Assembly: GCF_000022265.1 (NCBI RefSeq)
Contig: NC_011979.1
Coordinates: 2,280,001-2,312,000, forward strand
Origin: Geotalea daltonii FRC-32
GTDB taxonomy: Bacteria; Desulfobacterota; Desulfuromonadia; Geobacterales; Geobacteraceae
Direction: 5' to 3'
Length of the DNA stretch: 32,000 nt
Below, piece by piece: positions 23,796-29,613 of this stretch. A program made the translations under genes and the position numbers. The notes below the pieces were generated by a model. That model made no database searches and was not told the origin of the DNA. It worked only from the letters and a program-made list of their open reading frames with translations. The stretch's first letter is position 1; every line of letters begins with the position of its first letter.

Positions 23796-24506
23796 ATGAA
23801 TCTTAAATTTTGCTGTAGCGGTTTTACCTGTTGCACCAGTGGGTCCCATCTCGCCAAAGAGGGACTGGATGCGCGCGTCCCCCAGGAGGAGATCGCCCCT
23901 TTATACGACCGGGTGTCCGGCATCTACGATATCTGGGGGAGATTGGCCGAGTCCCACGCCAGAAGGCGCGCAATCGACCTTGCGGCGATCAGGGACGGTG
24001 AAACAGTGCTGGAAGTGGCCGTCGGCACTGGTTTGGCCTTCCTGGAAATTGTGAAGAGAAATCCCCATGGGCGGAACATGGGGATCGATCTATCCCAGGG
24101 GATGCTCTCCAGAGCCCGGAAGCGGCTTGCGCAGGTACGAGGAGGCAATTACGAATTTTCCACAGGTAGCGCCTTCCATCTTCAGGCAGAAAATGACTCG
24201 GTCGATCTGTTGGTGAATAATTATATGTTCGACCTGATCCCCTATGAAGACATGGATAAGATCCTTGCTGAGTTCAGGAGGGTCCTGAAGAAAGAGGGGC
24301 GGCTGGTTCTGGTGAACATGACCCGGGGTGAACGATTCGGCAGTCGGCTGTACGAAACCCTGTATAGACTGTCACCTCGGGCAATGGGGGGCTGTCGTGG
24401 TGTGTGCCTTTCCGACAAATTGCGAGAGCATGGCTTTTTCGTAGTGGTAAGAGAGTATCATCAGCAGATGCTGTTTCCTTCCGAGGTGATACTGGCTCGT
24501 CCATAG
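23796..24506 (+). CDS. Class I SAM-dependent methyltransferase with a Cys-rich N-terminus
   Basis: Motif I is VLEVAVGTGLAFLEI. The N-terminus MNLKFCCSGFTCCTSG carries two CC pairs. RBS aaaggaggag. Confidence 0.85.
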   Translation: MNLKFCCSGFTCCTSGSHLAKEGLDARVPQEEIAPLYDRVSGIYDIWGRLAESHARRRAIDLAAIRDGETVLEVAVGTGLAFLEIVKRNPHGRNMGIDLSQGMLSRARKRLAQVRGGNYEFSTGSAFHLQAENDSVDLLVNNYMFDLIPYEDMDKILAEFRRVLKKEGRLVLVNMTRGERFGSRLYETLYRLSPRAMGGCRGVCLSDKLREHGFFVVVREYHQQMLFPSEVILARP

Positions 24507-24568
24507 TGGTACTTCCGCTGCATCAACTTTTTGTTGCAGCAACCAATAAATAAGGTTAAGGAGAAGAT

Positions 24569-25141
24569 ATGAAAATCGTTTGTCTTTTGGGAAGTCCCCG
24601 TTCGAATGGAAACAGTGCCGCAATAGCCCAGCGCTTTCTGGAAAAGGCCGGCAGCCTTGGTGCAGAAACCCGTATCTTCGAACTGAATCGTCTATCATAC
24701 CGTGGCTGCCAGGCTTGCTATGCCTGTAAATCGACCGCTGACCACTGTGTCCTCGATGATGATCTTAGCCAGGTGCTGGAGGGGGTTAAGGATGCCGATG
24801 TGGTTGTCTATGCCTCGCCGGTCTATTACGGTGACATCACCGCCCAGCTCAAGGGATTCATGGACCGCACCTTCTCTTACCTGGTTCCGGACTATGAAAC
24901 CAATCCGCAACCGACCCGGTTGCAGCCTGGGAAAAATCTTCTCTTTATCCTCACCCAGGGCGATCCGGATCCGGAGCATTTTGCCGACATCTTCCCCCGC
25001 TACGAATATTTCCTCAAGTGGGGGGGATTTGCCCAAATCCGTCTGATCCGTGCCTGCGGCTTGGGAGGGGAAGGAGCCGCAGATGTTTCCGAAAGTACCT
25101 TGCAGGAAGCGGCGGACGCGGCTGCCGCGATAATGGCATGA
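24569..25141 (+). CDS. Iron-sulfur flavoprotein (Isf)-like NAD(P)H-dependent FMN reductase family protein
   Basis: Flavodoxin-like N-terminus MKIVCLLGSPRSNGNS and the compact Cys cluster CQACYACKSTADHC (C-x2-C-x2-C-x6-C), as in Isf proteins. Confidence 0.75.
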   Translation: MKIVCLLGSPRSNGNSAAIAQRFLEKAGSLGAETRIFELNRLSYRGCQACYACKSTADHCVLDDDLSQVLEGVKDADVVVYASPVYYGDITAQLKGFMDRTFSYLVPDYETNPQPTRLQPGKNLLFILTQGDPDPEHFADIFPRYEYFLKWGGFAQIRLIRACGLGGEGAADVSESTLQEAADAAAAIMA

Positions 25142-25163
25142 TTAAAAGCGCTCCGGAGGAAAT

Positions 25164-26018
25164 ATGTGCGAGTTTTGCCTCAAGCATGGCGAGGGTGAGA
25201 AGTGGTACCTGCAGGCGAAGAATTATTCCGAGGACCTGTTGAGCGACCTGCGCCGGCGCAGGTTCATGGAACATTTCGCCGACCCGGAACAGTTCGGACC
25301 GCAGACCAACCGGAGCGTCCAAAGGTTGGAGCGTCTGCACAGGCTCCCTTGGTTCATCAGAAATGTGGTCGGCCGGCTGGTCACCCGCAGAATGAAAAAG
25401 CAGCATTTCGGGCAGGTAGTGCCCATCGAGGAGATCGAGCAGATCTTCCAGTTCACCAACTCGGTCGTTCGTGTGGCCTGCATTTGCCGACAAAACACCG
25501 TGGGGAAGGAGAAACGCTACTGCTACGGCATCAGCATGGGACCCGACGGGGGAAAGGCCCTGGAGATTTTCCAAGGGGTAGATGGAAGCTTTTACGGCGG
25601 CCCTGCCGACGATAAGCACGAAATCCTCACCAAGGAAGAGGCCCTTGCGGCCATGCGTGCCCATGAGCTGGAAGGTCTATGCCACACAGTGTGGACCTTC
25701 CAGACCCCATTCATCGGCGGTATCTGCAACTGCGACCGCACCGACTGCCTGGCCATGCGGGCCACGGTTACCCATGATGTCCCGGTGATGTTTCGCGCCG
25801 AGTATGTGGCGGAAATCGATCCCGAGTCGTGCAGCGGATGCCGCCAGTGCATGCGCCTTTGCCAGTTCGGTGCCCTCGGCTACAGCGCTTCCAATAAAAA
25901 GGCCGTCGTCGATCAGACCCACTGTTATGGTTGCGGGATCTGTCGTTCGGCATGCAAGACGAATGCAATCAGCCTTGACGACCGGGCGAAGTCGCCGGTG
26001 GCGGCACATCTGTGGTAG
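25164..26018 (+). CDS. 4Fe-4S dicluster-domain protein with an uncharacterised Cys-rich N-terminal domain
   Basis: The C-terminus has CSGCRQCMRLC and CYGCGICRSAC (2 x CxxCxxCxxxC). The N-terminus has MCEFCLKHG, VACICRQ and GGICNCDRTDC. Confidence 0.75.
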   Translation: MCEFCLKHGEGEKWYLQAKNYSEDLLSDLRRRRFMEHFADPEQFGPQTNRSVQRLERLHRLPWFIRNVVGRLVTRRMKKQHFGQVVPIEEIEQIFQFTNSVVRVACICRQNTVGKEKRYCYGISMGPDGGKALEIFQGVDGSFYGGPADDKHEILTKEEALAAMRAHELEGLCHTVWTFQTPFIGGICNCDRTDCLAMRATVTHDVPVMFRAEYVAEIDPESCSGCRQCMRLCQFGALGYSASNKKAVVDQTHCYGCGICRSACKTNAISLDDRAKSPVAAHLW

Positions 26019-26068
26019 AAGCTGTCGGTTATGCTGTGGTGTCTGAACCCAACGTTGACTTTTGAATG

Positions 26069-26097
26069 TTGACCCGAGTGACATTCGTGTGCATAAT
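26069..26097 (+). promoter_or_regulatory. Sigma-70-type promoter of the toxin-antitoxin operon
   Basis: TTGACC (26069-26074), 17 nt, then CATAAT (26092-26097). GTGACA repeats at 26079 and 26099 flank the -10 and are possible antitoxin operator half-sites. Confidence 0.5.
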
Positions 26098-26123
26098 TGT
26101 GACACAAAAACGGAGGTGCCAGG

Positions 26124-26414
26124 ATGAAATTTGTCAGCGTGCGTGATCTGCGAGGTAAGTCTGCGGAAGTATGGAAAGAACTCCCTGGGGAGCGGGAGAT
26201 GGTCATTACCAGCAACGGAAGGCCTATTGCCATTCTTGCGGCAATAAACGAATCCAATCTTGAAGAATCTCTCTCCGCATTTCGGCAGGCGCGGGCAGTC
26301 GAGGCAGTGGCAAGTATGCAACGCCATTCTGCAGACAAAGGAACGGACAAGATAACTATGGATGAGATCGACAAGGAAATCAGGGCCGTACGGAAGAAGC
26401 GTACCAAGCAATGA
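26124..26414 (+). CDS. Type II antitoxin, Phd/YefM-like
   Basis: 96 aa with MKFVSVRDLRGKSAEVWKEL...VITSNGRPIAIL. The stop overlaps the toxin start (ATGA). Confidence 0.75.
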   Translation: MKFVSVRDLRGKSAEVWKELPGEREMVITSNGRPIAILAAINESNLEESLSAFRQARAVEAVASMQRHSADKGTDKITMDEIDKEIRAVRKKRTKQ

Positions 26415-26833
26415 AAATTGTTCTCGATACCAATGTCTTGGTTGCCGGCCTCTTGTCACCCTTCGGCCCCTGCGGGGAAATCGTCCGCATGGTCTCGTCG
26501 GGTGAACTCATTCTTGCTCTCGATGCCCGTGTATTGGCTGAGTACCAAGAGGTTCTCAGCCGCCCGAAGTTTAAGTTCGAGAAGGACATGGTTGCGGCCC
26601 TACTTGATTACATCGAATACAAGGGGTCCACTGTAGCCGGTTCTCCGCTTCCCCAACCATTGCCTGATATGGACGATGAGCCATTCCTTGAGGTGGCGAT
26701 AGCCGCACGTGCAGAATGTCTTGTCACAGGGAATCAGGTTCACTTTCCACTGCAACTTTGTCAGGGCGTGACGGTGCTTTCTCCCACACAGTTTCTGTCC
26801 TTTTACCGAGAACGACGCAATACCTCTCTCTGA
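26411..26833 (+). CDS. PIN-domain toxin (PIN_3 / TIGR00305-like)
   Basis: MKIVLDTNVLVAGLLSP.G, LAEYQEVLSRPKF, DMDDEPFLEVAIAA and ECLVTGNQ are present. The last motif normally reads TGD. Confidence 0.8.
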   Translation: MKIVLDTNVLVAGLLSPFGPCGEIVRMVSSGELILALDARVLAEYQEVLSRPKFKFEKDMVAALLDYIEYKGSTVAGSPLPQPLPDMDDEPFLEVAIAARAECLVTGNQVHFPLQLCQGVTVLSPTQFLSFYRERRNTSL

Positions 26834-26878
26834 CAAGCCAGGCAAGGAGTTAAAGAGACCCTGGCCTAGAGGATACCA

Positions 26879-27478
26879 ATGAATCCTGAATCACAACAAA
26901 TTGAAGATTATCTCGTTTCAGACCAGATCGTAGATTGGGAGGCACCTGCGGTTCAGCAGAAGGCTGCGGATCTGACTCGATCGATTTCGGATGACGTGGA
27001 AAAAACCCGCTGCCTCTACGAGTGGGTCCGGGATACCATTCCCCACTCCAACGATGCGGGGATAGATCTGGTTACCTGCACCGCGAAAGAGGTGCTACAG
27101 CATCGTACGGGGATCTGCTTTGCCAAGAGTCATTTGCTGGCCGCCCTGCTCAGGGCTGTCAATATCCCGGCGGGGTTCTGCTACCAGGTTTTGCGCCTGG
27201 ACCCGCCGGTCAATAACCAGCTGGTATTGCATGGCTTTAACGGGGTCTATCTGCGGAGCCTCGAAAGATGGCTCCGCATTGATCCCCGGGGCAACACCGG
27301 GGGGATCGATGCCCAGTTCAGCGTTGAGAAGGAGCAGTTGGCCTTTTCCATGGAACCGGCGGCCGGTGAATTTATCTATGACACTATTTTTGCCGCACCG
27401 GCAAGGACGGTAGTTAACCGGCTGCGGAAATACAACAGTAGAACCGAGCTGTGGCGGGATTTGCCGGGGCCGTTTTGA
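26879..27478 (+). CDS. Transglutaminase-like family protein (cytoplasmic type)
   Basis: HRTGICFAKSHLLAALLRAVNIPAGF (Cys), VLHGFNGVYL (His) and WLRIDPRG (Asp). Confidence 0.8.
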   Translation: MNPESQQIEDYLVSDQIVDWEAPAVQQKAADLTRSISDDVEKTRCLYEWVRDTIPHSNDAGIDLVTCTAKEVLQHRTGICFAKSHLLAALLRAVNIPAGFCYQVLRLDPPVNNQLVLHGFNGVYLRSLERWLRIDPRGNTGGIDAQFSVEKEQLAFSMEPAAGEFIYDTIFAAPARTVVNRLRKYNSRTELWRDLPGPF

Positions 27479-27573
27479 ACATGCGGTACCAACGTCTTTT
27501 ATTCCTACTCGCGGCTTCATTCATAAAATAGAGTTCCTTCCTGTTCTCCTTTTTTATCTTGCCTACAAAAAAT

Positions 27574-27603
27574 CGGGAACCTTCCCCTTCCTGCCGCGTA
27601 TAA
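27574..27603 (+). promoter_or_regulatory. ECF-sigma-type autoregulatory promoter (GGGAAC-N16-CGTAT)
   Basis: Sequence cGGGAACcttccccttcctgccgCGTATaa has GGGAAC at 27575-27580, a 16-nt spacer and CGTAT at 27597-27601, ~33 nt upstream of ATG 27634. It is 25/30 identical to 36-65. Confidence 0.6.
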
Positions 27604-27633
27604 ACCAGTAAAACAAACCCGAAAGCAGAGCAA

Positions 27634-28197
27634 ATGGAAGATATCCAGGTCATACAATGTATCCAGGCGGGTGATACCGAGGCTTTTGCCGTTCTGGTTT
27701 CCCGTTATCACCGCAACCTGCTGAATTTTATCTACAGGCTGGTGCGTGACGAGGCGCTTGTGGAGGACCTGGGGCAGGAGATATTTCTGGATGCCTTCAG
27801 AGGGCTGCGAGACTTCGACCCTCACCGGGGCGTTCCCTTTGCAGCGTGGCTGTTCATCCTGGCCCGCAACCGGTGCATTTCTGAAGTGAGGGCTCGAACC
27901 CTACGCAACTTTGTGGATATTGAGGGTATTCCCGAGCCGGCTGGCTCCATCCCTGATGCGGAGGAGCTCTTTCTAGCGGGGGAACGCCGGGAGGCACTGC
28001 GCAGGTCGCTGGAGCAGTTGCCGGAGCCTTTTCGTGAGACCATTCTGCAAAGCCTGGCGGGAAAGTCGCTGGAGGAGATTGCCGCCAAGGATGGGGTGTC
28101 ACTGGGTACGGTGAAGTCGCGCCTGTTCCGGGCCAAGGAAGGGTTGAAAGCGCTTATGGGGCAGATATACAGGAGAGAGAACAATGGCAGAATTTGA
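27634..28197 (+). CDS. ECF (sigma-70 family, group 4) RNA polymerase sigma factor
   Basis: 187 aa. Region 2 is FAVLVSRYHRNLLNFIYRLVRDEALVEDLGQEIFLDAF..L..FD. Region 4 is LPEPFRETILQSLAGKSLEEIAAKDGVSLGTVKSRLFRAKEGL. Confidence 0.9.
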   Translation: MEDIQVIQCIQAGDTEAFAVLVSRYHRNLLNFIYRLVRDEALVEDLGQEIFLDAFRGLRDFDPHRGVPFAAWLFILARNRCISEVRARTLRNFVDIEGIPEPAGSIPDAEELFLAGERREALRRSLEQLPEPFRETILQSLAGKSLEEIAAKDGVSLGTVKSRLFRAKEGLKALMGQIYRRENNGRI

Positions 28198-28393
28198 ACC
28201 GTCACCTCATTTTGTGCACCGCGTTATGGTTGCTGTTCGAGCCGAAGCTCGGCAGCCGATACCGGAGCGGTTGCCCGCACTGCTGCTGTCTGCGCCGCTG
28301 CGCTGGTCTCTGGCGGTTGGTGGATCTGTCCTGACACTGGTGAACCTGTTCCGGATGATCGGCTCCTTCTTCGCCCCTTCCTTTTGCGGCTAG
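28184..28393 (+). CDS. Putative membrane anti-sigma factor (69 aa)
   Basis: It overlaps the sigma gene by 14 nt, suggesting translational coupling. A short cytoplasmic N-terminus is followed by a single TM helix (WSLAVGGSVLTLVNLFRMIGSFF). No zinc-binding HxxxCxxC motif. Confidence 0.55.
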   Translation: MAEFEPSPHFVHRVMVAVRAEARQPIPERLPALLLSAPLRWSLAVGGSVLTLVNLFRMIGSFFAPSFCG

Positions 28394-28624
28394 CTTGTGT
28401 CTATACGGAAAGTCCGGATGAGACACTACCGGTTTCCAGCAGAGAAACGAGGAATTTTTTGTTCTGGCAAGGAAATCAAGGGATTGCGCGGAGGCGTACA
28501 TGTGTACGCCGCACAAGCAAGACCGAAGATTGACACCGCCAGGGCGAAAAAGGACCGTTTCCGGATGGAAACTAGCTTGATTTCGCGCCACGGCAATGTC
28601 TAAAAACTCTCAGGGAGGTAACTC
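28394..28624 (+). promoter_or_regulatory. 231-nt non-coding, hairpin-rich leader between the anti-sigma gene and the signal peptidase gene
   Basis: Hairpins: GTGTCT/AGACAC (28397-28426), GTTTC/GAAAC (28432-28448), GGCGTACA/TGTACGCC (28493-28510) and GTTTCC-ggat-GGAAAC (28557-28572). An alternative long-range pairing is GCTTGTG (28393-28399) with CACAAGC (28512-28518). No credible ORF or RBS until 28625. Confidence 0.3.
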
Positions 28625-29377
28625 ATGTCACGAACAACATCATCGAAAGGCGTGAACTGGCCGGCTCTTCTTCTAGGAATGACCATGCCCGGTCTGGGGC
28701 AGATGGTGAACGGCAAACTGGTCAAAGGGATCTCATTTTTCGCCATCTACGAGATGATCGCCCTTATCGGGCTTCGCTGGGCGGTGCGCCTTCCGGACCG
28801 GCTGCTCATGGTGGGTACCGGCGTAACGCTGCTGTCAGTCATCATCTTTTATCTCTGGGCAATGCGGGATGCGGCGGTGACGCGCAGGGAAGGGGAGCCG
28901 AGGCCATACAACCGCTGGTACTTCTACCTGGCTACCTGGCTGGTGGGGATGGTGGCGGTGAACGGTGCGGTGATCGCCCATATAAAATCCTCCACCATCG
29001 AGGCGTTCCGAATCGTTGCCGAAAGCATGTCGCCGACGGTTCTGCGGGGGGACTTCGTGCTGACGGATAAGACCGCCTACCGGCGGGCAGCGCCCCAGGT
29101 GGGGGACGTGGTGATGTTCGTCAATCCCGACGACCGGAGCAAGATCTTCATCCGCAAGATTGCGGCGCTCCCTGGGCAGAAGTCCCCGGACGGGGAAACG
29201 GTGCCCCACGGCATGGTCTATGTCCTCGGCGAAAAGCCTACGGCGCCAGGCAGCGCTACCACCGGTTATATTCCGCTGCGGGACCTGGCGGGGAAGGCGC
29301 GGCAGATCTACTGGTCTAAAGGTGATGCCGGAGTTAGACTGGAACGGATCGGCATGGTCGTGACGTCGGGCAGGTAG
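28625..29377 (+). CDS. Signal peptidase I (S26 family) with an extra multi-TM N-terminal domain
   Basis: RBS gggagg. SMSPTV carries the catalytic Ser box, FIRKIAALPGQ the Lys box, and GDVVMF is present. The ~125-aa N-terminus has 3-4 TM helices and a PGLGQMVNGKLVKG motif. The catalytic domain is compact. Confidence 0.8.
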   Translation: MSRTTSSKGVNWPALLLGMTMPGLGQMVNGKLVKGISFFAIYEMIALIGLRWAVRLPDRLLMVGTGVTLLSVIIFYLWAMRDAAVTRREGEPRPYNRWYFYLATWLVGMVAVNGAVIAHIKSSTIEAFRIVAESMSPTVLRGDFVLTDKTAYRRAAPQVGDVVMFVNPDDRSKIFIRKIAALPGQKSPDGETVPHGMVYVLGEKPTAPGSATTGYIPLRDLAGKARQIYWSKGDAGVRLERIGMVVTSGR

Positions 29378-29379
29378 AT

Positions 29380-29426
29380 AAAAAAATGCCTCCAGCGCAC
29401 TTGCAGGCTGGAGGCATTTTTGTCTT
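29380..29426. terminator. Bidirectional rho-independent terminator
   Basis: The A-tract aaaaaaa is followed by an 11-bp perfect stem, ATGCCTCCAGC (29386-29396) with GCTGGAGGCAT (29407-29417), a 10-nt loop, then tttttgtctttt. It lies between the convergent genes ending at 29377 (+) and 29439 (-). Confidence 0.9.
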
Positions 29427-29438
29427 TTGTGCCGGTGG

Positions 29439-29546
29439 CTATTCCGCCTTCTCGAAGTTCCCCTTCTCCTGGCACTGGGGACATTTCTGGGGCTTGCACC
29501 GTCCTTCCTTGGTGTAGTCGCAACTACTGCATTTCCATACTGCCAT
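29439..29546 (-). CDS. 35-aa zinc-ribbon / rubredoxin-like small protein (below the ORF-track length cutoff)
   Basis: My own translation of the - strand gives MAVWKCSSCDYTKEGRCKPQKCPQCQEKGNFEKAE*, with CxxC-x12-CxxC plus a fifth Cys. RBS AAGGAG lies 6-7 nt upstream (cacataAGGAGaaacacATG). The stop is followed by the strong terminator. Confidence 0.65.
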   Translation of the reverse strand: MAVWKCSSCDYTKEGRCKPQKCPQCQEKGNFEKAE

Positions 29547-29568
29547 GTGTTTCTCCTTATGTGTTAAT

Positions 29569-29587
29569 CCCCCTATTCCATAGGGGG
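29569..29587 (-). terminator. Intercistronic hairpin / weak terminator after the M16 gene
   Basis: CCCCCTAT-tcc-ATAGGGGG forms an 8-bp stem, 27 nt downstream of the stop of the 29614 gene. The trailing U-tract on the - strand is poor. Confidence 0.35.
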
Positions 29588-29613
29588 GAAGCGAACGTAC
29601 GTGAGCAGGGGGG

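Noticed and set aside
23796-24506. The Cys-rich methyltransferase as an ArsM (As(III) S-adenosylmethionine methyltransferase)
   Set aside because: Only the N-terminal CC pairs are reminiscent of ArsM. The conserved internal Cys motifs (for example the NCVINL-type) are replaced (NNYMFDL), so I kept it as a generic class I methyltransferase.
27414-27653. The - strand 79-codon ORF across the ECF promoter region
   Set aside because: It is antisense to the 3' end of the TGase-like gene and to the sigma gene start. It has poor RBS spacing and an implausible sequence.
28406-28417. GGAAAGTCCGG, identical to the conserved core of RNase P RNA
   Set aside because: It is an isolated 11-mer. None of the other RNase P helices or conserved regions are present, and the context (an operon leader) is wrong.
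28509-28528. CGCACAAGCAAGACC, resembling the GCACAGGGCAAACC core of GEMM-I c-di-GMP/cGAMP riboswitches
   Set aside because: The tetraloop/receptor elements and the second conserved half (GGGACGCAAAGCC) are absent, so the match is too partial to call.
28390-28579. 8-bp direct repeat CTAGCTTG flanking 174 bp, considered as a MITE with a target-site duplication
   Set aside because: There are no terminal inverted repeats inside the repeat, and one 8-mer recurring within ~200 bp is not statistically unusual. I treated the region as a structured leader instead.
28397-28603. The 68-codon + ORF and the 129-codon - ORF (28202..28591) in the lepB leader
   Set aside because: Neither has an RBS, both are Arg/Lys-rich and low in complexity, and the - strand ORF is antisense to the anti-sigma gene.
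1-29400. Possibility that the same-strand run of unrelated small genes is an integron cassette array
   Set aside because: Intergenic gaps are mostly 15-60 nt and contain RBSs, not 60-140-bp attC-type imperfect palindromes. I found no RYYYAAC/GTTRRRY core pairs and no intI gene.
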